Below, piece by piece: positions 52,468 to 63,214 of a stretch of DNA of 64,000 bases. The stretch covers positions 1 to 64,000 of the forward strand of contig JWZX01003203.1 of the NCBI GenBank assembly GCA_001275005.1, given 5' to 3'. The DNA comes from Chrysochromulina tobinii. Lineage: Eukaryota. Made by a program: the position numbers and the translations under genes. Position 1 is the first letter of the stretch, and the number at the start of each line of letters is the position of its first letter. Below the pieces are notes generated by a model. That model worked only from the letters and a program-made list of their open reading frames with translations. It searched no databases and was not told where the DNA came from.

Positions 52468-55400
52468 TCAAATGATGCTGCGCTCGCCAGGTGTGCGCGA
52501 CTTGAACGGTGCAGCCACAGCGCTGAGGGCCCCCCAAGAGCGCTGCGTGCGACCCTTGCCAAGATCCGGAGAAGATGCCGCGTGGTCAGGCACCTTGAGG
52601 ACGTGTGGCCGAGAAGGCTGAAGAAGAGCTCGGGAGTTCGACGTATCTCCTCGGAAACGCTCGCATAATTCCTGGTAGTTTAGCGAGCCGGAGCGATCTT
52701 GGTCGAGCGAGTCAAAGGCGGCGTCGGCTTCGGCACTGGTGGCAACGATGACCATCTTCCGCAGCACGAGCCTGAATTCCTGCTTTTCAATCTGGCCCGA
52801 TAGGTCCTGGTCGAACGCGCGGAATATGTCGATGATCCTCTTGGGCTCCCTCGCAAACTTATTCTTGAGCTGGCCGACGATGTCGGTCATGTTCCGCACG
52901 ACCTTGATCACGACCCGCAGCTTGTCGGTCGTGAGAAGCTCAGCAAAGTCTGTATCTTCCGCGACGGGGCGGCCGCCCACGGCCAGAAGCCGATCATTGA
53001 TCTCAAGCCTCGGGTCACTATAGGCTGCGGGTGAGCCCGGCTTGATCGCGAGGACCAGCACGGCCCCGTCTTGGAAGCCCACTCCAAGTCCGAGTGACTC
53101 GTCCTTTGTACGCTTCCAGAGCGTAGCGTTGAAGACCTGGTCGATGTCCTTCTTAGGAAAGGAAGGAACATGCGGGGCCATCTGCTCCACCGTTGCCTCC
53201 TCCTTCAACTTCGCTTTGGGCGGCGCAAGGTCAAGGGTCTCCCTATTTAGGATTGACTCTTCAACCGGCGCGGCCTTTTCGGCAGGCGGTCGAGGAGGCG
53301 GCGTCTCGGCTGGCGGCCGAGGAGGCGGCGCCTCGGTGCGAAAGAGGGCTCCAAAACCTTGTCCCACTGCGCCGCCCCAGGCCTGCAGCCCTTGCCCTAC
53401 GTTTTTGACGCCCTGCTCCCACTGCGACACGACTCCGCCCTGCTGGACCCCCTGGCCGACATCGGCCGCTGACACACCCTTGGTGGCAGCCGCAGCCTTC
53501 GCAGCCGCTGCTTCCTTGTAAGCGATTGCCGCCCTCTCGGCCGCTGCCACTCTCTCGGCCGCTGCCGCCCTCTCGGCCGCTGCCGCCGCCTCAGCCGCGG
53601 CCTTCTCGGCCGCTGCCGCCGCCTCGGCCGCCGCCAGGTCGAGCATCGTCAGGGGGGTGAGCCTTTGAACTGTGGGACGCTCCCACTGCGAAGTTCCGTC
53701 ATCCGACCAGTAATAGACGCCGCCACCAGCGGAGGCCTCCGCGTGCCAGCTTGGCGGCAGATCCGTGTCCAGCTTTGAGCTTGCATCTCGGCCATTTGAG
53801 CTGGCATCTCGGCTTGATGGCAGATCCGCCGCCAGCTCGGCCATCAAGGCAGCGACGTCCGCGGAGCGCCGAAGAGCGAACTTGTCCGTGCTCCCCGCCG
53901 TCGTGCTGGTCTCATTGTAGCCCGGGCTGCTCGCGCTGCGGACGGTGCCCGTGCTCCGGACCGAGGAGGTTTCGCTCTGCGCCACCTCTTGCGCGAGCAG
54001 CCTTCGCTCACGAGCAAGCCGCTGCTCCTCTGCATGCAACCGTGCAACCTCCGCTGCTCGCTCCGCCGCCCAGCGCCGCTGCGCCTCCTCATGAGCCCGT
54101 CGCTGCTCAGCGATGGCCATCTGGTCATTGGCCATCCTCGCCGCCGCCGCCAGCTGCGCCTCGATGACAGCCTGCTGCTGCCGCGTGGCCGCGAGCGCAG
54201 CCTCGAGAAGCCGAACACCTTCGTCGGCAGGGGAGGCGGCTGCGACCGCCATCGCCGACGCCTTTCGCATCAGCTCGCTCACGTCGCTCAGCCTGCCGTT
54301 TGACGAGATCGTCGGCAACACTGTGAGCTCCATGGGAGCTCTGATCGTGCTCGATGTCGTCGCGGCGGTGGCGGCGGGGGAGGGGGGAGTGGGGGACACG
54401 TCTTCATAAGTGGCCGTTGGGGCGGGCGCAGGCGGGGCATTCGCGAGCTTATGCTGCTCCGTCTGCTTCACGATGAACTTGCCCATCCCCTCGTATCGAA
54501 TCGTGTAGAGTGGGGGCGCGGTCTCGCGGTGCACCTCAACGATCTCGGCGCGGATCTGCGTGCCATGGGCCGTGCGGTAGAGGACGATGTCGCCCTTGGA
54601 GAAGGGGGCGCGCGGGCTCGACGTGCCGTGTGCGGTGGCAGTGCTGTTGAGCGAACGACGCGGCGGCGGCGGGGGTGCTTCATCATCAGAGGAGGGCTCA
54701 GAGAAGGAGGGCTGCCAGATGAGCTGCGAGGCGGAGGGCTGCGAGGCGGAGGGCTGCGAGGTGGAGGGCTGCGAGGCGGAGGGCTGCGAGGTGGAGGGCT
54801 GCGAGGCGCCGATGCGAGGAGAGGGCTGCGAGGCGGATGCGTTCAACGAGGTCTGTGAGGGGCCGCGGCGCTCGTCACGGTGCTCGAGGGGGCTGGTACG
54901 AGTCTGAACATTGGTCTGAAGATCCAGCGACCAGATCCGACTAGATCCCACAGGCGCGGCCAGGTGTACCTGAGCTGTTGGGTCTTTCTGTGCGCCGGCC
55001 CATGGGTCCGTTGCGATCCTGGGACGGTCGGGCAGCGCGCTCGAGCGTTCGAGCGTCGCGCGCTGCTCGGCGATCAGACGGGAGAGAAGCGATTCGTCCA
55101 CGTCAGGGCTCAAGCCCTCTGGCGAATCGGGCCGCGGTGAGAGTGACGCAACGCTCGAAATGCTCTCAAAGGGCGAATCAGGCTGCGAAGATTGGAGCGC
55201 CTCCACGATGGCACGTGCAGCCTGCGCGCTCACCGCCGCCCGATGCCCCTCGCTGGCGGCGAGCTCTGCGGCGGCGGCAAGCTCAGCGGACGCACAAAAG
55301 TCCATGTCGTCCTCCACTGAGGATTCAGTGTCGAGGACGCGCATGAGATCGAATGTCACCGTCATCGCGTCCTTGAGGGCGCCAAAGTTGGACGCAGAGC

Positions 55401-57336
55401 TAACCGGCACGCCGTCAATTGCCATCACGCGATCGCCGATGCGCAGCCGCCCGCAGCGCATCGCCGGCGTGTCCTCGCCGATGGCTGAGAGCGTGACCAC
55501 GTCGCCGCCGTCGAAGCCGAGGCCCAGCCCGAAACCCTCGTACGGGTCGCGCTCTAACGTCACGCGCAGCTTCTCAACGAGCGGCTTGGGCACTTGTTCA
55601 TGATGCACCGTGACGTCGGCAGTGGGCATCGGAGGTAATCTCGGAGGCAGGTCGACGGGGCCCGCCGCGGTGGATGTTTTCATGCCTCGACGCAAGAGTC
55701 GCGCCGGAGAGAGTATACTCGTGAGGCGGGAGGCGGCGCCATGCAGGGTCGCCTTGTGGGATGTCTTGGGCTTGGCGAGATCAACAGAACTGGCGGCATC
55801 GACGACGCGCGTGAGCACGAAAGTGACCGTGGTGGCATCCTTGAGTGCGGACAAGATGTCCAGGTATGAGGTGTCGGACTGGTGACGCACCGGAACGCCG
55901 TTGATCGCCACTACGCGATCGCCCTTGCGCAGCTGCCCGCAGCGCATCGCCGGCGTACCCTCGGCAATCGACGACAGCAGCACCGCCGTCCCGTCGAAGC
56001 CAAGGCCCAGCCCGAAACCCTCGTACGGGTCGCGCTCTAACGTCACGCGCAGGACCTCGACGTCCGGTTTGGGCATGGCAGAGGCCGACTCCGGGGACGC
56101 GACCGCGACCGCGGTGCTGGCCGAACTAGCCTTCTTTCTGCGCAAGCTCGTCAAGCTCAAGCTTCGCCATGACCGGCGTGCCTCCTTGCGCTTCGGAGTG
56201 CCAAAAAGGACGGATTCGACCTCTGTGGAAGAGTCCATTGGAGCGGGCTGCACCGCAGGGCTATTCTTTGGCTTGACCACGATCGCGTCTCCACCCAAGT
56301 CGACCACCCGTACCCAGCGCGCCTTGCCGTTCGCGAGCGCCGGGCTCCCGTGTCGCCCATTATGGCTCACCTTCGGGCTCCCCTGTCGCCCATCGGGCGC
56401 CGAGGCGACAAACCGGAGCGCGCGCTCCTGCGCCTCGCCATCAGCCTCATCGCGTTCGTCGCTGCTGATCAACTCCGAGATCATGCGCTTCTCATTGTCC
56501 TCAAGCCAGGCAAGTTGACCCTCCATCGGGCGATTGCCGCGCTCGGGCGGTTGCAATCGCAAAGGCGGCGGTGACGTCGCGAGCTGGGGCTTCTGAAGCT
56601 GGGGTGGCCCGGGGGCAAGCTGGGGTGGCCCGAGGGTGGGGATGCCTCCGATGGGGATGAACGTGCGGTCGGGGATGGTGATCGGCGTGACCACCTGGGA
56701 CATGCCGCGGCCACCATCTCGCGACCACTCGGGAGCTTGCGGTGGCGCCCGGGGAAGGGGGGGTGGGGAGCCCGCCTGTGATTCAGACGCAGCAGTGGTG
56801 CACGAGCGCTCCTTGGTAAACGAGCGAGCACGGAGAAGGCGCTCTTCAATGCGACTCCTCACGAGTCGTCCAGGGATACGTGCTGTAGCCGCGCGCACGC
56901 TTTCGAAGGAGACAGACCCTGGAGACACAAGTGGAGACAGCGGGGAAGTGTCCGCCTCCTCCTCGCTCGAAAACGAGCCGGTTTTGTTGGCCAACAGTAT
57001 TGTGGCTGACGTCTCCGGCTCTGGGCTCACCGCTTGGATTGTTGGCGTCTCCTGTGCGCCGCCAAAGCGGGGAAGATCTGGGAGCCCAAAGAATGACATC
57101 ACCGTTTTGCGCTCCCCGGGCTGCACGTCGGACTGCACGCTAGGCGTCTCGTTTGGCGTAATCTTATGCCGCCGATCCAGCTCGCCGAACGGCACGGGCA
57201 CCTCAATGCAGGCGCTGTGGCGGCGGCGCGGCGGCGGCGGCGGGGGGCTGCCGTCGCCATATGGGAACTCCCCTGCCAGCTCGCGCATGGTGGACTCATA
57301 TCCTGCCCCAGGGCTAGGCGCGCCCGTCGTCGACAT
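52468..57336 (-). CDS. 1622-aa scaffold: three PDZ domains, SH3/Tudor-like domain, WW domain, EF-hand pair
   Basis: GFGLGLG twice and SLGLGVG PDZ motifs; LPPSWHAE...VYYWSDDGTSQWERP; DQDLSGQIEKQE and DQDRSGSLNYQE loops; intronless ORF. Confidence 0.85.
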   Translation of the reverse strand: MSTTGAPSPGAGYESTMRELAGEFPYGDGSPPPPPPRRRHSACIEVPVPFGELDRRHKITPNETPSVQSDVQPGERKTVMSFFGLPDLPRFGGAQETPTIQAVSPEPETSATILLANKTGSFSSEEEADTSPLSPLVSPGSVSFESVRAATARIPGRLVRSRIEERLLRARSFTKERSCTTAASESQAGSPPPLPRAPPQAPEWSRDGGRGMSQVVTPITIPDRTFIPIGGIPTLGPPQLAPGPPQLQKPQLATSPPPLRLQPPERGNRPMEGQLAWLEDNEKRMISELISSDERDEADGEAQERALRFVASAPDGRQGSPKVSHNGRHGSPALANGKARWVRVVDLGGDAIVVKPKNSPAVQPAPMDSSTEVESVLFGTPKRKEARRSWRSLSLTSLRRKKASSASTAVAVASPESASAMPKPDVEVLRVTLERDPYEGFGLGLGFDGTAVLLSSIAEGTPAMRCGQLRKGDRVVAINGVPVRHQSDTSYLDILSALKDATTVTFVLTRVVDAASSVDLAKPKTSHKATLHGAASRLTSILSPARLLRRGMKTSTAAGPVDLPPRLPPMPTADVTVHHEQVPKPLVEKLRVTLERDPYEGFGLGLGFDGGDVVTLSAIGEDTPAMRCGRLRIGDRVMAIDGVPVSSASNFGALKDAMTVTFDLMRVLDTESSVEDDMDFCASAELAAAAELAASEGHRAAVSAQAARAIVEALQSSQPDSPFESISSVASLSPRPDSPEGLSPDVDESLLSRLIAEQRATLERSSALPDRPRIATDPWAGAQKDPTAQVHLAAPVGSSRIWSLDLQTNVQTRTSPLEHRDERRGPSQTSLNASASQPSPRIGASQPSTSQPSASQPSTSQPSASQPSASQLIWQPSFSEPSSDDEAPPPPPRRSLNSTATAHGTSSPRAPFSKGDIVLYRTAHGTQIRAEIVEVHRETAPPLYTIRYEGMGKFIVKQTEQHKLANAPPAPAPTATYEDVSPTPPSPAATAATTSSTIRAPMELTVLPTISSNGRLSDVSELMRKASAMAVAAASPADEGVRLLEAALAATRQQQAVIEAQLAAAARMANDQMAIAEQRRAHEEAQRRWAAERAAEVARLHAEEQRLARERRLLAQEVAQSETSSVRSTGTVRSASSPGYNETSTTAGSTDKFALRRSADVAALMAELAADLPSSRDASSNGRDASSKLDTDLPPSWHAEASAGGGVYYWSDDGTSQWERPTVQRLTPLTMLDLAAAEAAAAAEKAAAEAAAAAERAAAAERVAAAERAAIAYKEAAAAKAAAATKGVSAADVGQGVQQGGVVSQWEQGVKNVGQGLQAWGGAVGQGFGALFRTEAPPPRPPAETPPPRPPAEKAAPVEESILNRETLDLAPPKAKLKEEATVEQMAPHVPSFPKKDIDQVFNATLWKRTKDESLGLGVGFQDGAVLVLAIKPGSPAAYSDPRLEINDRLLAVGGRPVAEDTDFAELLTTDKLRVVIKVVRNMTDIVGQLKNKFAREPKRIIDIFRAFDQDLSGQIEKQEFRLVLRKMVIVATSAEADAAFDSLDQDRSGSLNYQELCERFRGDTSNSRALLQPSRPHVLKVPDHAASSPDLGKGRTQRSWGALSAVAAPFKSRTPGERSII

Positions 57337-57712
57337 GGCGCCCGCCTTCGCTCACCGGCACTTGAATCCCTCTGAAAAATTCTCGAAACTTGTGAACGGC
57401 CACTTACCTAAATTACAAAAAGTACAATGTGACCAAGAAGTTGGGTCAGCTCTGCTCTCGTGCATGCTTGATTGCGATTGAGAGTTCGAAAGGATAGTGT
57501 GTGCGCCGCGCCCGGGACGACGACTGTACGATCATTCCCCTTTCCTCGGAAAGACCCGCCTTCGCTCTTGGTAGGCTTTCGTGAAGGACCCCCAAACTTT
57601 ATTTCTAGAGGCCACATAGCGCTGGACGTTGACGTGACAAAAGAAGAGTGAGCGCGTGCGCGTTCACAGATGCACCCACGAGGTCGTGAAACCACATTTT
57701 GCGACCATTGTG

Positions 57713-59206
57713 ATGCCAAAGACCTTGCCTGTGCTGCCAATCACTTGCAACGCATCCGAGTTTGCAGAGGTGTACGCGCGCACGCGCGCCGTGCTTCTCC
57801 GCGGCGGCGGCGAGCACGCGGAGCGCCGCTTCGGTTTGGAGGAACTGCGCAGGCTTCCCGCGCACTCCGAGCTGTTGCGAGACGCGGGCGAAACCTTCAC
57901 CGTTGAGAATGCGCCGATTCGCGTCGCTGAATTCGTCGATGGCCGCGGCAAGCGCAAGCACGCACCCGAGGATGCCACGGCGGCGGTATTTGGACCGCGA
58001 ACGGCGTCTGAGCTCCTCGACAGCGCTTGCGCTCTTCCAGGAGCCTGGTATGCATCATGCGTGCTCGGAAGGGAGCCCGCCGCCATCGATGCGCTGCTCC
58101 GCGCCGTCCCTCTCGCCGTGCCGCCCTCTCTCGCAGATGCCCATGCGCGCCACTCGCGCGCAGTCTGGATCTTTATCGGCCGAAATGACGCGAGCGCTCC
58201 ACTGCCAGGCCGACCGGAGCACACGGATAGTGTGCAGCACGACGGCACTTGGCACTACCAGGCGGAGGGCGTCAAGGAGTGGCGTCTCCGTCCCACCGAC
58301 GAGCTCCTCGCGTCTGCGCCGCCGGGCACCCTCCCCTCCCGATGCCGCGTCCTCTGCGAGCGCGGCGACGTGCTGGTGATCTCGACGCGCGATTGGTGGC
58401 ATGCCACGTCACTGCCTCCTCAGACAAATGAGTCCAAGGTGTCGCTCTCATATGCGCGCGAGTTTCGACTGGGAGGAGCGGCAGCGGAGGGGCAGAAGAG
58501 GAAGCGCAAGCAGGCGGAGATGATGGGTGGGGAGGTAGAGGAGAAGGGGGAGGAGAAGAAGGAGGACGACGAGGAGAAGGCACGTGCGAGCGAGGACGAG
58601 GGTGACCACGAGGACGGCGATACTTTGCAGATGGGCAATGTGGATGGGCTGTGCGCGGGCATGGCCATCAAGGCGGGAGAGATCGTGCTGCGCGAGGCAC
58701 AGATGCCAGATTGCACTCTGCCGATGGGCGAGGTGTACAACGTCCAGGCCGAGCGCGTGCGCGTGCGCACGACGGTTGGTGGTCGCAGCAAGCGTGAGCA
58801 GGTGCTGATCGCAACTCGCGATATCAAGAGCGGGGAGGCTCTCATCCTGCCGCCAGCAGAGCTGCAGGAGTCTCTGGCAGAGGAGGACAGCGACGAGGAC
58901 GAGGAGCGGGATGAAGAGGACGAGGACGACGAGCAGGAGGGGAAGGTGGAGGGCGAGGATGGCGAGGATGGCGAGGGCAGTGACGACGACGAGGACGACG
59001 ACGACGACGTGGAGGAAGAGGCCGTCGTGCAATGCGACGGGCGCAAGTGTCGAAAGGAGATGAGCTCGCTCGACGAGATCGTGTTCACCAGCCGCTTCGG
59101 GCAGGACTACTGCGCGGCATGCGTGGCCACCTTTTCTGACTTGCGACGGGAGGGGCTGACGCGCTCAACGGTCGCGGAGCGCCTCCAAGCAGTGACGGTC
59201 GCATAA
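57713..59206 (+). CDS. JmjC/cupin-like oxygenase fused to a short SET-like segment, acidic tracts and a ZZ-like Cys cluster
   Basis: EHTDS...GVKEWRL...GDVLVI..WWHAT (HxD...H); GLCAGMAIKAGEIV and LIATRDIKSGEAL; VQCDGRKC...DYCAAC. Confidence 0.72.
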   Translation: MPKTLPVLPITCNASEFAEVYARTRAVLLRGGGEHAERRFGLEELRRLPAHSELLRDAGETFTVENAPIRVAEFVDGRGKRKHAPEDATAAVFGPRTASELLDSACALPGAWYASCVLGREPAAIDALLRAVPLAVPPSLADAHARHSRAVWIFIGRNDASAPLPGRPEHTDSVQHDGTWHYQAEGVKEWRLRPTDELLASAPPGTLPSRCRVLCERGDVLVISTRDWWHATSLPPQTNESKVSLSYAREFRLGGAAAEGQKRKRKQAEMMGGEVEEKGEEKKEDDEEKARASEDEGDHEDGDTLQMGNVDGLCAGMAIKAGEIVLREAQMPDCTLPMGEVYNVQAERVRVRTTVGGRSKREQVLIATRDIKSGEALILPPAELQESLAEEDSDEDEERDEEDEDDEQEGKVEGEDGEDGEGSDDDEDDDDDVEEEAVVQCDGRKCRKEMSSLDEIVFTSRFGQDYCAACVATFSDLRREGLTRSTVAERLQAVTVA

Positions 59207-59388
59207 CGGTCGCGGAGTGTCTCCAAGCCGCGCGCGAGGAGCCGTGAGAGCCACTCAGGCTGCCAGGTTTGGGTGAGATGTGGGCTCGACTCGACGAAGA
59301 AGTGCATGGATGGATGACTCGCAGACTGATACTGTGTGATATGATGAATGCCAGAGTTTCGGGACACCCACCGCACACTGCGAACCTG

Positions 59389-59452
59389 TGCGCCCTAATA
59401 TTCAGTACCGACATACAGCTGCGCCCTAATATTCAGTACCGACATACAGCTG
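59389..59452 (+). repeat. 31-nt perfect tandem duplication
   Basis: TGCGCCCTAATATTCAGTACCGACATACAGC twice. Confidence 0.93.
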
Positions 59453-60072
59453 AGCCTGTAAAGTTTGTGTACTGTACACTGTGAATACACTAGGTGTTCG
59501 TACGTATCACCCACCCTGCCGAGTATGTCGCGACTTTGACTTTATGGGCGAAACGAGGTGAAGAATCTCCAATCTGAATGTGATAACAATCCAGAAATAA
59601 TACTGTAGTATAGTACCTCTGGGTCACTAGCAACCGAGATTGTTAGGGATGGCGTACCTCACCGCGCACTGGACTGGTTTTACGTATACCACGAACCACA
59701 CGCGCCCAATTCCGGGAGGGTCCAGGATGCAGGAACGCGACGGAGACTCTGGCATGTTGCAAGATGCATGCGGGACCGGACAGTCAGCAGACCGGTCCCT
59801 AAACAGCTTACTTTTGGTCCGATAATTTCCACGTCACGTTCGCTCTTAAAGAAACCCTCGTCCACAGGACGATCAGGCGCAACCGCCCAGCAGCACCACC
59901 GCACGCACCTGCACGAGCACATGCACGAGCATCCGAGTAAGACCGCCGCCACTTCAGCTTGCAGCGAAGCGCCGCCACCACGCTCACGACCACACGAGAC
60001 CCGCGATCACGAAAAGCAGGTTCGTACCGTTCCGTGTCATCCCAAGGTGTGGGCGGGTAGATGTTTCCTCTG

Positions 60073-60404
60073 TTACAGTTTGCGCAGATCGGCTGGCTTC
60101 AAGGCTACCGTGCTCCCATGGTGCAGCCGCACAGAGTACCGCCCGCGCTCGCTGTCCCAACCGGCGGCCGTCCCCATCCTGTCGTTGAGCTCCGGCTTCA
60201 CCACGAGCCCATGCACCAGCACCTACTCGCAAACGAGCCCTTCAGCACTCGGGCCGGGTGATGACGAAGACGGCGCCGTCCCTAGGCACAGATTGTGTCC
60301 CTGGCTGTGGCTCCTGTGCAGTGTGTCAAGCTGTCGCAGGTTGGCTGGCTTCAAGAACAGCAAGCTCCCATCCTGCAGCCCCACAAAGTACCGCCCGCGC
60401 TCGC
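60073..60404 (-). pseudogene. One partial and one complete SH3-like module downstream of the TPR gene stop, interrupted by an in-frame TAG
   Basis: ERGRYFVGLQDGSLLFLKPANL...GLVCE*VLVHGLVVKPELNDRMGTAAGWDSERGRYSVRLHHGSTVALKPADLRKL*. Confidence 0.5.
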
Positions 60405-60434
60405 CTACGGATGAAATCCCATGGAGCTCAAACA

Positions 60435-62834
60435 TCAGTCATCACTATCGCGCAGCAGCGGCCGCGCCTCGTCGAGCTTGCCCTGATGAAACAGGAAGAA
60501 ACCCAATGCTCTCATGGAGTCGAGCGTGGTAGGGTGCCGATCGCCGAGCGTCGCACGCTGCGCCTCGAGCGCCTCGCGGTACAGCGGCTCCGCCTCATCG
60601 AGCTTGCCCTGGGCTTCCAGCAGATTCCCCAGATTGTACATGATTCTGAGCGTGTCAGAGTGCCTATCGCCGATCGTCGCACGCATCGCCTCGAGCGCCT
60701 CCCGGTACAGCGGCTCCGCCTCATCGCGCTTGCGCTGAGCCGACAGCAGATTCCCCAGATTGTTGATGGATCTGAGTGTGTCAGGGTGCCGATCGCCGAG
60801 CGTCGCACGCATCACCCCAAGCGCCTCGCGCACCAGCGGCTCCGCCTCGTCGAGCTTGCCCTGGGCCCGCAGCAGATTCCCCAGATTGTTCAAAAACTTG
60901 AGCGTGGTAGGGTCCCGATCGCCGAGCGTCGCACGCACTGCCTCGAGCGCCTCGCGGTACAGTGGCTCCGCCGCGTTCAGCTTGCCCTGGGCCTTCAGCA
61001 GCTGCCCCAGATTGTTCATGGAGATGAGCGTAGAAGGGTGCCGATCGCTGAGCGTCGCACGCTGCGCCTCGAGCGCCTCGCGCAGCAGCGGCTCCGCCTC
61101 GTCGAGCTTGCCCTGGTCCTGCAGCAGCGCCCCCAGGCGATTCTGCAGCGCCGACGTCGCCCGCTCCTCGCGCGGCATGCGCGCCAGCGCCGCGCGGCCC
61201 TCCGCCGCGAGCCACTCGCGCAGCGCCTCCGAGAGCCGCGCATCCAGCTCTGTGTGACCGCCTTTCAGCGTGCGATCGATCGCCGCGTGGACCATCGCCT
61301 GATCCTCCCGCGTGAAGCACTCGGCCGAGCGCGAGTCGATGTGTGCCACGCTTGCCGCGATCACGTCAAACTCATTCACCAGCGCCGCCTGAAAGTCGTC
61401 CGACTCCGCCGGCGGCAGCCGCACCCTCAGTGCGGACGACGCGCCGCCCTTTCCTCTTCGCGCCGTGAGAGTGCACAGCACCTCCCAGAGCATCCACGCG
61501 CGCCGAAGTGGCACCGCGTCCCGCCATGGCGCGAAGACGAGGCACGTGTGCCCGATCGCGGCCGTCGTGAGCTGGAAGACGACGTCCCAGTTGCAAGGCC
61601 GTTGCGCCGTGCCCACGTCGCCGATCCAGTGCTGGTACTGCGAAAAGATGTCGAGCCACACGTAATGCCGCTCGTGCTCCTCTTCAGGCAGCGACGACAC
61701 GTGCGCACACACGGCGTCGACGAGGTCGCGGAAAAGGTACTTGCGCGCGTGCGAGACGAAGATGGTCGGTGCGGCGGCCAACGGCACGCCCGTCACGGGG
61801 TCGACTGCCCCCAAGCGGACGAGGCACGCGGCCAGCGAGTCCCCTGCTGTCTCGGTGAGCGGCATGCACACGCGCTCGCACACGTCCTCAGTCGTGGCAT
61901 CGACGAGCAGTGCCTCGTGTGCCCGAGCGAATGCGCGCAGGCACGCGACCGACACGCCGAGAAACGGCCAGTTGGGCAGCACACCGATGGCCGCAGCAGA
62001 CACCACGCACTCCATCTGCGCATCCTTATCGCCGAGCCGCTCGAGGCGGACGCGCCACCGCCCGTCGGAAGATCCCAGCTTCTCGAGGAGGGTGACACCC
62101 TGAATGTGACAAAAGGACAGAGAGGGGCGCACGCGCGGTCAGCGCACATTGAATGCTGTGGTCCATGAATGCAGAGAGAAGACACTCGACTCGGGTCCAC
62201 GCACCTGGCCATTGAGCTCCGGCTCGTCCTGCAGGCCAAACAGCGCAGCCGGGTCGCCCACGGAGAGCGCCCTTGGGCTGCCGTAAATATCAAGCTCGAG
62301 CGACCCGATCCCGAGCCAGTCGGCCTTGCGCGCCGCTAGCCGCAGCGGCGCCAGGCGCACCGCCTTCATCCACATGTCGCGGCCCGCCCTCCACGAGAAT
62401 GTGACGTCGGATGCTGGCACGTTCATCTCCTTCACTGGTTGCTGATCGCCGCCAGTCTTGGCCCGAATGACCCACTCTCCCGGCCGGCCCTCGCGCAGAA
62501 GGTCGCCCTCCAGGCCGACACCGGCGACGGTGGCGACGACAGGATCGCCCGGCCGCAGCGGCTGGTGGCGCCGCCGCTCCACCACGACGTGGACGAGCGA
62601 GGTCACGCCGTCGGACGCGAGGACGTCGAAGCCATCCTCGGTCGTCTCAACGAGTGTCGCATCGAGCGGCACGCCGGGCAGGTACTCTTCCATGTCCTTT
62701 GCAGCCATGTAGGTGCGGCTCCAATCGTATGGCGGGGCGATTGCGAGGTGCCGCGTCGGGCAAGGACGGTCGGTCGGCACGCGCGCCGTCGTGATGGCGT
62801 CAAGCAGCGCGCGTTCCGCGAGGGAGTCCTCCAT
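60435..62834 (-). CDS. Kinesin-light-chain-type TPR repeat protein with N-terminal SH3-like module; exons 62834-62205, 62099-60435
   Basis: Intron 62204-62100 joins GLQDEPELNGQ|GVTLL...GRWRVRL; central FVSHARKYLFRDLV...WLDIFSQ...RRAWMLWE domain; about five 42-aa TPRs (NNLGNLL.AQGKLDEAEPLYREAL...LGDRHP.TL). Confidence 0.85.
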
Positions 62835-63214
62835 CTTGCGAGCGAGGCTTCCGTGATCGCCTTTTTTAGGTCAAGTCAAGTCTATAGCTGTGAATTTGAA
62901 CCTACCGGCGTGTACGGGGCCTTTTCGACATGATCTAACATGACTTGACTTTACCACAGTAACCAGTACTGTACTCTCTTCAGTCTGTCTTGAGAAAGGG
63001 TCAGTTGAATCGACACACAAGGTACCGACCAGCCACTACCACACGAAACACTGCCACGCAGTGATCGCGTCGCTCGGTGGACTAACACACCGGCGAGGAT
63101 TTTCAAGGATCCGGCCCCCACCCCCCGTCCCGGCCACGCTACATCTATCGGCCCCCGGCCGATAGTTCACGTGACCGGCCTCTTGTGAACGTTCACAAGA
63201 GCCTCGCCGCCTCA

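Noticed and set aside
59341..59453. ATGATGA ... CTGA possible box C/D snoRNA (similar boxes near 36549)
   Set aside because: No terminal stem or recognisable rRNA complementarity; better explained by tandem duplication.
60258..62168. 636-aa plus-strand ORF, and similar long antisense ORFs (24202, 49915, 50435, 353, 5217)
   Set aside because: Shadows of GC-rich genes on the opposite strand; no motifs of their own.
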